Shown: positions 1 to 13,500, counted from the first letter of the stretch. The stretch is DNA of 64,000 nucleotides from an uncultured delta proteobacterium (GCA_963696385.1 CAVOKF010000004.1:864001-928000); one strand, 5' to 3'. Made by a program: numbers and translations. The notes: a model not told the origin generated them from the sequence alone.

Positions 1-1035
1 CGGAACGCTCGGAAGCCATCCCTCTCCAGTCGGGGTCGGCCCTGACGACGGCGGGGCACCGCCGGCGCGGCCGGAGATGGTAGCCGTCACCGAAAGATCC
101 GGGCGGAGCTCGGCCCCGATCGCGCGTGCCCGGTCCTCCGTCCGCTTCAACTGGGCCAGAGCGGCGGCCAGGTGCGGATCGCGCTGCTGCGCCAGGGTCA
201 GCGCGTCGCGCAGCGCAGGCATGTCCGAGACCTGCAGGGCGGCGTCGGCCGCATCGACGGCGGCGTTGGGCGCCCCGATCGAGGCGGCAAGCACGGTCTG
301 GGCGACCACGAGTCCGCCGCGAGCCCTCAAGCGGCCCACGTCGTACCGATCCAAGTCCGCTTGGGCGCGCGTCAGTTCGATCGGAGAGCGAAGTCCGGAG
401 TCCACCCCCCGCTTTGCGAGATCGCGGTGCACGAGCGAACGCGTGTAGGCTTCGTCGGCTGCGCGCACGATGCCTTTGGCCGAAAGGACCGAGAAAAAGG
501 CCTCTTCAACGCCGAAGTCGATGTCCAGTCGTACACCGTCGGCCGCGTGCTTCTCCACCGTAACGAGCGCGTCGGCAGCGGCGCGCTGCGCCCCGATCCG
601 CCCGAAGTCGAAGAGCTCCTGCTGGACTCCGGCTCCGACGAACGTGGACGCATAGGGGGACCACGTGCCCGTGGCAGTCACAGGCGTCCCGCCAATTCTC
701 GGGACGTCCAAAAAATCGGGTACCACGTAGGTGGCGGTCGAGTTGTTGGCGGTCATCGCGAAGACCTGCGCCGTGGCCGTCACCTTCGGCTGCCACTGTG
801 CACTCGGGACGCTCGCCTCGGCGATGCGCGCGGCAACTCGAGACACCGCGGCGTGGATGGCCGGCTGATGCGCGCGTGCGTACGCTAGGGCTTCCGACAC
901 GGTCATCGTCCGGGTCGGGGTGACCGCATCCTGCGTTGGAGCGTCCGTCGCGGGGACCTGGGCACTCGCTGTCCCCGAGGTCAGGCCTGCCGTGAACCCG
1001 AGAAGACATGAGAGAGCGGCGCGCGGATCCATCAT
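1..1035 (-). CDS. TolC-family outer membrane efflux protein (3' end outside window)
   Basis: Hand translation MMDPRAALSCLLGFTAGLTSGTASAQ...TVSEALAYARAHQP...QELFDFGR...GLRSPIELTRAQADL. Signal peptide plus OEP-like motifs; open to the left edge, so absent from the ORF track. Confidence 0.8.
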   Translation of the reverse strand, partial: MMDPRAALSCLLGFTAGLTSGTASAQVPATDAPTQDAVTPTRTMTVSEALAYARAHQPAIHAAVSRVAARIAEASVPSAQWQPKVTATAQVFAMTANNSTATYVVPDFLDVPRIGGTPVTATGTWSPYASTFVGAGVQQELFDFGRIGAQRAAADALVTVEKHAADGVRLDIDFGVEEAFFSVLSAKGIVRAADEAYTRSLVHRDLAKRGVDSGLRSPIELTRAQADLDRYDVGRLRARGGLVVAQTVLAASIGAPNAAVDAADAALQVSDMPALRDALTLAQQRDPHLAAALAQLKRTEDRARAIGAELRPDLSVTATISGRAGGAPPSSGPTPTGEGWLPSVP

Positions 1036-1052
1036 GACTCGCGACCTGTCTA

Positions 1053-1068
1053 AGCACCCCTTATGCCA
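1053..1068 (-). promoter_or_regulatory. sigma54-type promoter upstream of the TolC gene
   Basis: TGGCATAAGGGGTGCT (GG-N10-GC). An imperfect palindrome at about 1127-1169 could be an enhancer site. Confidence 0.5.
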
Positions 1069-1249
1069 CAACCACCGCTCTCGATGAACCGACGGGCCCG
1101 GCTCAGCTGGGCCAAGGTTCAGCGAACGATCGGATTTTTTCCCTCCCGACCTGGAAAAATTCCCGATCGCCGCCTTCGATCGCCCTCCCGAGGGCGGCTT
1201 GGCGGGTGCGTTGGGGTGGCCTGCGACTTGCTCAGAGCTGTGCCCCGGC

Positions 1250-2792
1250 ATGCTCGACGCGCTCCGATCGGCTCGCGATGTTCCGCTTCGCGCGCGGGGG
1301 CGCTCCCACCTCGTGGCGTGGATGGTTTTGGCCATCGGCGCCGTCACGGGGTTCGCCTGGTGGGATTCACGACGGGAGTCGGAGGCGATCCTTGGCGATC
1401 TCGGTCAGCAACAAGCGGTCGTCGCGTCCGTCGTCGCGCTCGATTCTGCGGGCTCACCTCGCGACCGTGGAGCGCGACGCCGTCCTCGCCTCCGAACGGG
1501 GCCCCGGCTGGAGCGAAGGTCGTTACCGCACGCTCGACGTCCGCGCGTCGGGAGCGCCGAGGGCGCCGGCCCCGTCCGGACTGCTGCTGACGGTCCCGAT
1601 GGCCGACGGTCGCTGGGTCGACGTGACGCTCGGTGCATCCGATCTCCTGGGTTACGCGCCACCCGTCCCGCCATCGGATGCAACCCAGCTTCTTCTCGTA
1701 CGGCTTCCGAGCGAGACCGTCCTGCACGCGGCCGATGGCCGGGTGCTGGCATCCTCACCCATTCGTGAAGCCCTCGATCGAGGGGAAGCGACGGTCCGGC
1801 TCAATCGAAGCGAAGCCGCTGCGGTCGGACTGACGCCACGAACGGCCATGGCCGGTTTGGCCCGGGTCGACGCCGGACCTCTCGGTCGATGGGGAGTCGT
1901 GGCGGTCGTCAGCGCGGCTCCTCAGCGCGATCGCGAAACGCGGGCGTTTTGGCGTTTCCTGTTCGGCGTGGCGATGGCGACAGGCCTGGTGCTGACCTTC
2001 GGCGGAGTCGCCTTGCGAAACCAGCGAAGCGAGCTCGAGGTGCAGCAACAACTTGCGATCGCCCACGTGGAGCGAGAGAGCGAAGAGCGACTCGCGCGGG
2101 CCGAGCGGATAGCCACGATGGGAACGTTCGCGATGGGCGTCGTGCATGAGGTCTCCACGCCGCTCGGGGTCATCATCGGCCGGGCCGAGCAGATTGGCGG
2201 GCGGCCCGATCAAGACGACCGGGACGTGCGTGCCGCGCAAGCCATCATTGGGCAGGTGGACCGAATACGGCGTGTCGTTCGGCGTTTTCTCGACATGGCG
2301 CGAGGCGGTCCGCCCTCGCTCGCCCGAACCGATCCCGGTGACGTGGTTCGGTCGGCCGCGGCCTCGGTCGAACACCGGTTCGCCAAGGCGGCCGTGGCGT
2401 TGTCCATCGACGTCGTCGCGAACGCGGGTGAAATCTTGTGCGACCGCGCGCTGCTCGAACAGGCCATGGTCAACTTACTGCTCAACGCCTGCGATGCCTG
2501 CGCACCCGGAGGGCACGTCGAGATCTCGACTCGGTCCGACGCGCAAGAGGTCGTGTTCGTCGTGACCGATGACGGGGTAGGGATCAAGCCGGAAGTGGCG
2601 GCGCGCGCCAAAGAATCCTTCTTCACGACCAAAGCCGCCGGAAGCGGAACCGGCTTGGGTCTGGCCATCACGTCGGAGATCGCCAAGAGCCATCGAGGCG
2701 AACTCACCCTCGCGCCCAACGGCGACCGGGGCACCCGCGCCTGCATCGAGATCCCGGTTGCGATGAAGGCAGGGATGCATGCCCACGGCTGA
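1250..2792 (+). CDS. Membrane sensor histidine kinase, with an apparent +1 frameshift at about 1444
   Basis: N-terminal TM segment (MLDALR...AVVASVVALD) is in one frame and LRAHLATVER...HEVSTPL...NACDA...DDGVG...GTGLGL in another. Removing one T in CGATTCTGC joins them. Confidence 0.8.
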
Positions 2793-3156
2793 GGTCCCGC
2801 GCGTGTTCGTCGTCGACGACCAGGTCGACATGGCGGAAGTGATTGCCGAAAGCTTGTCTCACCGCGGCTACGAGGCGATCGCGATGAGCTCGGGTCGCGA
2901 GGCGATGCGGCGGCTTGCCGCCGAACGAGTCGATGCCCTCATCACCGACCTCGGAATGCCCGAAGTCAACGGCCTCGCGCTCCTACGGGCTTCCATCCAG
3001 CTCGACCCCTCGCGGCCCGTCATCGTGATGACCGCGTACAGCTCGCTCGAGACGGCGGCCGAGGCCACCGGCGACGGGGCATTCCACTATTTGTGCAAGC
3101 CGTTCCGACTCGACGTTCTCTATCGACTCCTCGAGAGTGCGCTCAACCTCCGCTAG
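2779..3156 (+). CDS. Single-domain response regulator
   Basis: VFVVDD...LITDLGMP...MTA...CKP receiver motifs; overlaps the kinase stop. Confidence 0.9.
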   Translation: MPTAEVPRVFVVDDQVDMAEVIAESLSHRGYEAIAMSSGREAMRRLAAERVDALITDLGMPEVNGLALLRASIQLDPSRPVIVMTAYSSLETAAEATGDGAFHYLCKPFRLDVLYRLLESALNLR

Positions 3157-3297
3157 CCCCGCCCCGCCGAGCCCCGATCGCTCCAGGAACTTTCCGTGCC
3201 TCGTCGAAAGGGTCTCCGATGCCTTCCCCACCTCCGCCGTTCGCTTCGCCGTTTCTCGCAAGGGTCCCGGGTACGGACTTGGATAGGCCGAGGGCTT

Positions 3298-3912
3298 GTG
3301 AACGGCCGGCACGAACGTCAATCGGCGCCCGCCAGGGTCCTTCTCCGCTTCGGGGGTGCCGTCCTGTGCGTGACGAGCGCGGCCTCCGTGCGGGCTGATC
3401 CGGCTGCCTTATTCGCGCGACCCATCGCCGGATGGACTCCTGGCGGCGTCGCGGCTGGGGGGCCTTCCGGGGGAGCGCTGCTCGCAGTGGAGGGTGGGTC
3501 GGCCGTGATGTTCGCGTCCGGTCCCGGCCCCGCTCGCGGTAGCTTTGCTTTCGGCGTTCGAGCGGGTTGGGCGTTCTCCAACGGCCTCGCCGTCCACCTG
3601 CGCTACGACGACCTCGGCATAAGCCTCGCTCCGTCGTCGTCACCTTTGCAGCTCGCGACGGCTGGGCTTCGCTACTCGGTCCCGTTTCTTTTCCCGTTGC
3701 CGTTCGCCGAGGTGGACGCGGGGCCGGCGTTCGTGGGCGGCGAGGCGAGGGTCGGCGCCGGCGCGGGGCTGGGCGCTTCGCTCCCTCTCGGATCGCACGT
3801 TCTCGTGGACCTCGTAGCACGCGATTGGCTCGTCCCCATCGCCGGTGAGCTGCGCCAAACGTTGACCGCAAGCCTCGGCCTCACCGTCACCTTCGCGTCG
3901 CCTTCGCACTGA
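3298..3912 (+). CDS. Putative outer membrane beta-barrel protein (start uncertain)
   Basis: Signal-like N-terminus followed by amphipathic beta-strands (FGVRAGWAF, AGLRYSVP, SLGLTVTF). Confidence 0.55.
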   Translation: MNGRHERQSAPARVLLRFGGAVLCVTSAASVRADPAALFARPIAGWTPGGVAAGGPSGGALLAVEGGSAVMFASGPGPARGSFAFGVRAGWAFSNGLAVHLRYDDLGISLAPSSSPLQLATAGLRYSVPFLFPLPFAEVDAGPAFVGGEARVGAGAGLGASLPLGSHVLVDLVARDWLVPIAGELRQTLTASLGLTVTFASPSH

Positions 3913-3930
3913 GGCTCGGAGAAGAGATCC

Positions 3931-4842
3931 ATGCGCCCCTTCGCTCGTCTCGCCAAAACCCTATCGACTGGATTCGTCGCACTCCCACTTCTGGGCACCG
4001 GATGCTCCTACGCGACGATCGGACCCGGCCAGGTAGGCGTCGTGTGGACGCCAAGTGGCACGCGCCCCGACGTGCTGCCCGAGGGTACTTGGGGCGTCGG
4101 ATTCTTCGACCGCCCCACCGCGTACGACGCGAGATTGCAGGGACGCGACGAAAGGCTCGAGGTGCTCGCGTCGAACGGTCTGCGCATCGTCCTCGACGCG
4201 TCGATCCGCTATCACATCGTGCCCGCCGAAGCGGTGAAGCTCGATCACGAGTTCGGCGTCCATTATTACGAGATCCTGCTCGGGCCGATCCTGCGGTCGC
4301 AAGCGCGGCGCGTCGTCGGTCGATATCAGCCCGAGGAAATCTACTCGTCTCAGCGCGAGCTCATCGAGCGGCAGATCCGCGAGGGCGTCGAGAGCGCCAT
4401 CACCGGACGCCACATCGCGCTCGAGGCGGTGCTGATTCGAAACGTAACGCTGCCGGATACGATCCAGCAGGCGATCAACGACAAGCTGCAAGCCGAGCAG
4501 CTAGCTCTCAAAATGAAATTCGTTCTCGACCAGGCGCAAGCCGAGGCTGAAAAGCGACTCATCGAACAGAAGGCGGAGGCCGACCGGGCACGCATCTTGG
4601 CCCGATCTCGCGCCGAAACCGACAAGATCCAAGCCGAGGGGCAAGCCGAAGCCACCCGAATCACCGCCGCGGCAACTGCCGATTACGAGAAGCTGATCGG
4701 GTTGCACCTGACCGACCCCATGTTGCGCTGGCAGGAGATCGAGGCCCTGCGCGGTCTCGCAGCCTCGCCCAACAGCAAGCTCATTTTCATCGGTCGCGGA
4801 GCCGGCGCCCCCTTGCTGGAGCTCAAGGAAGGTCCGCCATGA
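3931..4842 (+). CDS. SPFH/prohibitin-family lipoprotein
   Basis: Lipobox LGTGC; TIGPGQVGV, LDASIRY, LIRNVTLP..IQQAI; coiled-coil tail. Confidence 0.9.
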   Translation: MRPFARLAKTLSTGFVALPLLGTGCSYATIGPGQVGVVWTPSGTRPDVLPEGTWGVGFFDRPTAYDARLQGRDERLEVLASNGLRIVLDASIRYHIVPAEAVKLDHEFGVHYYEILLGPILRSQARRVVGRYQPEEIYSSQRELIERQIREGVESAITGRHIALEAVLIRNVTLPDTIQQAINDKLQAEQLALKMKFVLDQAQAEAEKRLIEQKAEADRARILARSRAETDKIQAEGQAEATRITAAATADYEKLIGLHLTDPMLRWQEIEALRGLAASPNSKLIFIGRGAGAPLLELKEGPP

Positions 4843-4956
4843 AGACGAAAGGGCCATGGGTCGTCGCGGCCGTAGGCTCGAGGGAGCTCGGGCGCCGTAC
4901 CCGATCGGACGTCGAGGACGACGACAGGCAGGGTGGGATAGGACGCGCCATCGGGA

Positions 4957-8273
<3,317 letters not shown>

Positions 8274-8277
<4 letters not shown>

Positions 8278-9419
8278 CGACGCACCTCGACGGGGGTGCC
8301 GTCGCGCAGGCCCGTGGGGGGAGCGGCGACGACGGCTTCGGTCGCAGAGAGCCCCGAGAGGATCTCGGTCCACGGCCCTTGCTCCTCGCCGCGAGTGATC
8401 ATCCGAAGCCGCGCGTACCCCCCTTCGACGACGAAGACGCGATCGAGTGCGCCGAAGGACGTGAGCGCCGTCGTCGGAACGACCAGGCGCGGTCGTGCGC
8501 CGACCTGAAAGCCCACGCGTGCGAACGTCCCCGGCCGGAGCGAGCCGGCGTCCGAGGACAAATCGATCTTCACGAGGAACGTACGCGACGCGACGTCGAC
8601 GCTCGGCACGATCTCGCCTACTTTGCCGACGAGAGGCTTGGCCAGCGTCTGAATCTCGACGCTCGCGTCGTCGCCGACCTTCACGTCGTCGAGGTGCGAC
8701 TCCTCGACCGCCGCCTCGACGCGAAGCGTCCCTTCGTCGACGAGGACGAGCAGGGCCATTCCCGGCGACGCGAGCGTCCCGGGGTCCACCCGTCGCTCGA
8801 CCACTCGCCCCGCGAAGGGAGCGACGATGTCCGCGTAACCGAGCGTGATCTGCGCTTCGCCCAGGCCGGCCTTCGCCTCGTCGATCCTCGACGACAACGA
8901 ACGGACGCGGGCCTGCGCCATGAGCTCTTGCGCGGCCGCGCCTCGAAAGCGAGCCTCCGCCTCGTCGTATTGCTGCTCGGGGATCGCGTTGTCCTTCAAG
9001 AGTGAGCCCATGCGGTCGTAAGTCGATCGGGCGACCTTTGCTGCAGCACGCGCGGCCTCGAGCGCATTTTCCGCCTCGGCCTTCGCCTCCGCCGACTGAT
9101 CGAGTCCTGCCCGCGCCCTCGCGACGGAGGCACGTACGTCGTTCGCCTCGAGCTCGACGAGCAGCTGCCCGGCGGTCACCCGATCGCCCGAGCGCACACG
9201 GACCGCTCGCACGGTACCCATCGTCCTGCTCGTGAGAATCGCGGTGTTGCGTCCGCGAACCGTTCCGCTTGCGCGATACACGACGGCAAGGGGTTCCTCA
9301 TGCGCGCTGGCGACGGCCACCGAGATGGCGCCCGCTTCGGCGGCGGGATGCCGGGGCTCGCTCGCGCATGCGGTCGCCGCAAAGAGGGGGAGCAAGAGCG
9401 CGATCGCAGGTTGTTTCAT
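8274..9419 (-). CDS. RND periplasmic adaptor (membrane fusion lipoprotein)
   Basis: [18 protein letters not shown] lipobox; [13 protein letters not shown] and IVAPFAGRV lipoyl-like motifs. Confidence 0.92.
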
Positions 9420-9438
9420 GGGTTGCCTTTCGGCCGTA

Positions 9439-9467
9439 AGAGCCGAGGTGTGGGAGAAAGGGTTCGC
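9439..9467 (-). promoter_or_regulatory. ECF-type promoter, copy 1 (RND operon)
   Basis: GCGAACC-N18-CTCT; matches three other copies within 1 kb. Confidence 0.55.
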
Positions 9468-9508
9468 CACGGTCGCGTCCCGTCGCGGCGCAAATCCGCC
9501 GAGGACGC

Positions 9509-9523
9509 GCAAGGCTTGCGCCA
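9509..9523 (-). promoter_or_regulatory. sigma54-type promoter upstream of the RND operon
   Basis: TGGCGCAAGCCTTGC (GG-N10-GC with TTGC). Confidence 0.45.
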
Positions 9524-9573
9524 GATGGCAACCAAGTGCGGACGGGGTCCGGGCAACGTGCGCGCCGGTCGGC

Positions 9574-9601
9574 GTGAACCGTTTCTTGCTACTGAGGCTC
9601 T
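9574..9601 (+). promoter_or_regulatory. ECF-type promoter, copy 2 (OsmC gene)
   Basis: GTGAACC-N17-CTCT. Confidence 0.6.
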
Positions 9602-9632
9602 CACCCGAGTGAAGGAACTGAAAGGAGAGCCC

Positions 9633-10052
9633 ATGGAGGACATCGAGGTTACGTTTCCCGGCGGAAAGCGCGCCGATGCCCGCGTCGGGCCCTATGTCGT
9701 CCACACGGACCAGCCCGTCGATGCCGGCGGCGAAGCCACCGCCGTCGCGCCGTTCGACTTGTTCCTCGCCTCGCTCGCGACCTGCGCCGGGCTGTACGTC
9801 CTCGCCTTCTGCCAAGTACGGGGTCTATCGATCGACGGGCTCGCCGTTCGTCAGCATGTCGACGTCGATCCGGGGACCAAACTCCCGACCCGCATCCACT
9901 TGGAACTGAGGCTCCCGCCGTCGTTTCCGGATAAGTACCGCTCTGCGGTCGTTCGTGCCGCCGAGGGATGCAAGGTCAAAAAGACGATCGCGGCTGCGCC
10001 TGCGATCGAGGTCGCTGTCGCGACGGACGCACCGCTCGTGAAAGCATCGTGA
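9633..10052 (+). CDS. OsmC-family protein
   Basis: AAAGGAGA RBS; TDQP..GG...PFDLFLASLATCAG...CKVKKTI, with both conserved Cys. Confidence 0.88.
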   Translation: MEDIEVTFPGGKRADARVGPYVVHTDQPVDAGGEATAVAPFDLFLASLATCAGLYVLAFCQVRGLSIDGLAVRQHVDVDPGTKLPTRIHLELRLPPSFPDKYRSAVVRAAEGCKVKKTIAAAPAIEVAVATDAPLVKAS

Positions 10053-10212
10053 ACCGGGGTCCACGATGAACGCGCTATTTCCGAACGATGCAGGACACCT
10101 CGATCGCGGCATTCGAGTGGTCCTCGGCCGGCCTTAGCGCGCGGACGATCTCCGCCTCGCGAATTTCGATCAGCGAGCCTACGCTCGGCTCGAAGTGCCA
10201 ATCCACCCCTTG

Positions 10213-10240
10213 GCGAACCCTTTGTGCGCAATCTGGCTCC
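10213..10240 (+). promoter_or_regulatory. ECF-type promoter, copy 3 (near-leaderless, DUF6132 gene)
   Basis: GCGAACC-N17-CTCC; ATG lies about 9 nt downstream. Confidence 0.6.
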
Positions 10241-10248
10241 AACGCTTC

Positions 10249-10416
10249 ATGACCCTTCGCTCGGTCGCGTTCGCCGCTCTCGGCGCCGTCATCGGCCTCG
10301 CGTACCAGCGCCTCGTCGGTTGCAGGACAGGAGCGTGCCCGATCACCGCCAACCCGTACATTTCGACCCTCTATGGCGCGACCATGGGCTTGCTTCTTTC
10401 CGGCGGCCTTCGTTGA
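10249..10416 (+). CDS. DUF6132-like small membrane protein
   Basis: Two TM segments flanking VGCRTGACPITANP. Confidence 0.75.
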   Translation: MTLRSVAFAALGAVIGLAYQRLVGCRTGACPITANPYISTLYGATMGLLLSGGLR

Positions 10417-10419
10417 GCC

Positions 10420-10447
10420 GTGAACCCTTCCTCGCGGGCCCGTCTCT
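10420..10447 (+). promoter_or_regulatory. ECF-type promoter, copy 4 (no intact gene downstream)
   Basis: GTGAACC-N17-CTCT. Confidence 0.5.
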
Positions 10448-10724
10448 TCCCAGCGGGGCGAGCGAGCTGTCCGCATCCGTTGGCGAAGCGGTGTTCGCAA
10501 CGACGTCTGCTTCGCCCAAGAGGACGAGTGCTCGGAAAGGAGAGGCGCGGACGTAAAGACCATGGGCCTGGCGGATGTCGGGGACGCCGAGGTCGATGTC
10601 CTTTTCTGCGTGCGTCACGAGACTCGAGACGCCCACGGCGAGGCGGGGGGTCGGCGCCATTTCGAAAACCCCCCCCCATGAGGATGAAGCTCGTCGAGGC
10701 CGGCGCGCCGTTCGGGCTTGCACT

Positions 10725-10750
10725 ATGTTTCGAATTTGTTAGAAATACAT
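10725..10750 (+). promoter_or_regulatory. Putative ArsR operator
   Basis: AT-rich imperfect inverted repeat ATGTTTC...GAAATACAT just before the arsR ATG. Confidence 0.5.
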
Positions 10751-10756
10751 TCGCTG

Positions 10757-11065
10757 ATGTCCGCCAAGCTGGATCGCCATGCAGAACAGCTCGCGGCGCT
10801 TGGAAGTCCGGTCCGGCTCTGCATCCTTCGCTACGTGGTGCAAGGCGACGAGACGGGAACACCGGCAGGCGAGATCCAGGCGAAGCTCGAGATTCCGGCG
10901 TCGACCCTCAGTCATCACCTCGAGCGATTATCGGCCGCGGGCCTTCTCACGTCGCGTCGTGAAGGAACGTTCATCCATTACCGCGCAGAGTATGCAGCGC
11001 TTCGCGCGCTGACGGACTACCTGTGGGAAGACTGTTGCAAACGCGGCAAGGGCGCGTGCTGTTGA
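10757..11065 (+). CDS. arsR: ArsR/SmtB-family repressor with C-terminal Cys cluster
   Basis: AALGSPVRL...STLSHHL...RREG...WEDCCKRGKGACC; upstream of an aquaporin gene. Confidence 0.85.
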   Translation: MSAKLDRHAEQLAALGSPVRLCILRYVVQGDETGTPAGEIQAKLEIPASTLSHHLERLSAAGLLTSRREGTFIHYRAEYAALRALTDYLWEDCCKRGKGACC

Positions 11066-11177
11066 TCGAAGTCCGCGCGCTCAGCCGTCGGGCGGTGATC
11101 GCACCGTGGATCTCCGACGTGACCAGAGGCCTTGCCCAGCTCGACGGCGCACCGGCCCAGATGGCCGAGGACTCGAC

Positions 11178-11906
11178 ATGAAAGCGGCTTCGCTGACTCA
11201 ACGCGCGGTGTCCGAGCTCGTCGGTACGGCGTTGCTGCTCGCGACGGTCGTCGGCTCGGGCATCATGGGCGAGCGACTCGCCGGTGGCAACGTGGCGATC
11301 GCCTTGCTCGCGAACACCCTCGCCACCGGTGCCGGCCTCGTCGCGTTCATTCTGACGTTCGGGCCGCTGAGCGGCGCCCACTTCAATCCAGCCGTGACCC
11401 TCGCCGACGCGAGCCAGGGGGGTCTCGCTTGGCGTGACGTGCCTGTCTACTTGATCGCCCAGGTGGCCGGCGCGTTCGCCGGCGTGGCCGTCGCGCACGT
11501 CATGTTCAAGGAGCCCGCGCTCTTCTTTGCCTCGCAACACGAGCGGTCCGGCATGGCCCAGCTGGTGAGCGAGTTCGTTGCGACGTTTGGATTGCTCTCG
11601 ATCATCTGGGGCTGCGTCCGAACTCGACCGGGAGCCGTGCCCTTCGCCGTCGGGGCGTACATCACGGCGGCATACTGGTTTACGTCGTCGACGTCGTTCG
11701 CCAACCCGGCTGTGACCCTCGCGCGAGCGGCCAGCGATACATTCGCCGGGATTCGACCCATCGACGCGCCGGGCTTCATCGTCGCGCAGCTGCTTGGAGC
11801 GGCGTCGGCGACGGCGCTCTTTCGATGGCTCGTGCCGACGCTGCCGCGCTATGCCGCACGCGTCATCGACCGCGTGCCCGACGCCCAGCCGGGCGAAGAG
11901 CTCTGA
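11178..11906 (+). CDS. MIP/aquaporin-family channel, ars-operon type
   Basis: SGAHFNPAVT and SFANPAVT NPA motifs; VVGSGIMGERL. Confidence 0.9.
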   Translation: MKAASLTQRAVSELVGTALLLATVVGSGIMGERLAGGNVAIALLANTLATGAGLVAFILTFGPLSGAHFNPAVTLADASQGGLAWRDVPVYLIAQVAGAFAGVAVAHVMFKEPALFFASQHERSGMAQLVSEFVATFGLLSIIWGCVRTRPGAVPFAVGAYITAAYWFTSSTSFANPAVTLARAASDTFAGIRPIDAPGFIVAQLLGAASATALFRWLVPTLPRYAARVIDRVPDAQPGEEL

Positions 11907-12117
11907 TGAAACGATTGCTGGTTCAGTTACACGCCACCGCTCGGCAGCACGCGCGTAGGAGCTCCTCAAGCATCCTCCGTCCGCGCTGTACGCGCGACTT
12001 GGCTCCCGAGATTGAGAGGCCGGACCGCGCAGCGAAGTCGCGCTGACTGACGCCCTCCACGTCCACGAGTCGAAGCGCCTGGTACGGACGCCAGGTCCTG
12101 CTCCGGGTAGCCGAACC

Positions 12118-12966
12118 CTAAGGTGGCGTGGCGGCAAGCTCGCGGAGCGCCTGACGGACGAGCGCCTGAACGTCGCCCGGCACGGCACCGTCGTGACTCT
12201 TCGCTCGGCAAAGCAGCAGCGTCCGCTTGAGCGAATCGCATGCGGTGCGGCACCGAGAGCACGAGTCCACGTGCTCCTGCATGCGCGCGCACTCGTCGGG
12301 GCCGATCTCATCCTCTACGTAGCGCGAAAAAATGGGGACGATGTCTGGGCACCCTGGCGCGGCGGCCGCATCCGCGTCATCCAGAATTGCAGCAAGTCGC
12401 GAGCGGACGATGATCCGCGCCCGGTGCAGCCTGCTCTTCACGGCATCCACGCCGACCCCTAGAACCTGGGCAACCTCGGGCGCAGTCAGCCCCTCGACGT
12501 CTCGCAGGACGAGCACTTCGCGATACAGCGGCTCCAGATCGGTGATCGCCCTGTCGAGAGCCTTCGCTATCCGGTGATTTTCCGCAATCTCGTCCGGAGC
12601 GCTCCCCTCTGCTGCGAGTGCTCTCGTGTCATCGGAGTCGAGCGACACGAACTCCCGTGGAGCCGCGACGCGGGTCCGACGCTTCTTGATGCAAAAGCTG
12701 CGGGCGATCGCGAAGAGCCATGTCGAAAGCGACGATGCGCCGCGGAAGTCGCGCAGGCCGCGAGCTGCGGCGAGGAGTGTATCCTGCGCGATGTCTTTCG
12801 CGTCTTCCGGGTCGCTGCACATCTTGACGCCAAATCGATAGACCGCCGGAAGATACCGCTCCAGCAACACGGCAAGCGCGCGCTCGTCGCCCGCTTGAAA
12901 CGCGGCAAGCAATTTCTCATCCGAAGGGTCCAAGGCGAAACGTCTTTTAGCTCGCCCATGCCGCAT
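12118..12966 (-). CDS. ECF sigma factor fused to a C-terminal zf-HC2/ZAS-like domain
   Basis: DAKDIAQDT, STWLFAIAR, AVKSRLHRAR, then CPDI...HVDSCSRC (HxxxCxxC). Start may be TTG at 12933. Confidence 0.88.
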   Translation of the reverse strand: MRHGRAKRRFALDPSDEKLLAAFQAGDERALAVLLERYLPAVYRFGVKMCSDPEDAKDIAQDTLLAAARGLRDFRGASSLSTWLFAIARSFCIKKRRTRVAAPREFVSLDSDDTRALAAEGSAPDEIAENHRIAKALDRAITDLEPLYREVLVLRDVEGLTAPEVAQVLGVGVDAVKSRLHRARIIVRSRLAAILDDADAAAAPGCPDIVPIFSRYVEDEIGPDECARMQEHVDSCSRCRTACDSLKRTLLLCRAKSHDGAVPGDVQALVRQALRELAATPP

Positions 12967-13169
12967 CGCCCATCGACCCGGGCCGTTCTACGAGGGCGTC
13001 GCCTGCACTACAGAACCAAGCATCGACGCTTTCTGCTGCGAGCCTCGGCATTGTCGTGCCCACCGAGGGTCGGACCAGGCTTCTTGGGTGAGACAAGGGG
13101 TGCGACTGCCCATCCAGGGCGAGTGCACGAGTGAAGCGCCGCCCGCGCCGACAGCTTCGCAACACCGAA

Positions 13170-13500
13170 CCGATGACCGACGAAGAGCGCGCGCGCCGTC
13201 GCGAAGAGAGCGCACGCAAGTGACGCGAACGCGCACTCGCGAAGAACGCCGCGATGGCCGTCGAGCAGGTCGAGTCCCCGGTACCCGAATCGATGAAGCC
13301 GTGCGCTCATTGTGGCGGCGTGCATGCACGAGCTCTCGAGCCCGAGCAGAGCACGACCTACGAGTACGAGCCCGGTCACTTCATCCGTCGTGTGCACAAG
13401 CGGCAGAAGCTCGCATGCAGCTGCGGCCAGTCCATCGTGACGGCGCCGCCGCCTCCGAAGCTCGTCGTCGGTGGACAGTACGGCTTCGGGTTCGCCGCAT
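13170..13500 (+). mobile_element. IS66 transposase (TnpC) remnant
   Basis: CAHCG...EYEPGHFIRRVHKRQKLACSC...APPPPKLVVGGQYGFGFAA resembles the IS66 zinc finger and the start of the core. Truncated; no inverted repeats found. Confidence 0.75.

Noticed and set aside
10450..10715. Intact gene after the fourth ECF promoter
   Set aside because: Only short unrecognisable ORFs; treated as decayed sequence.
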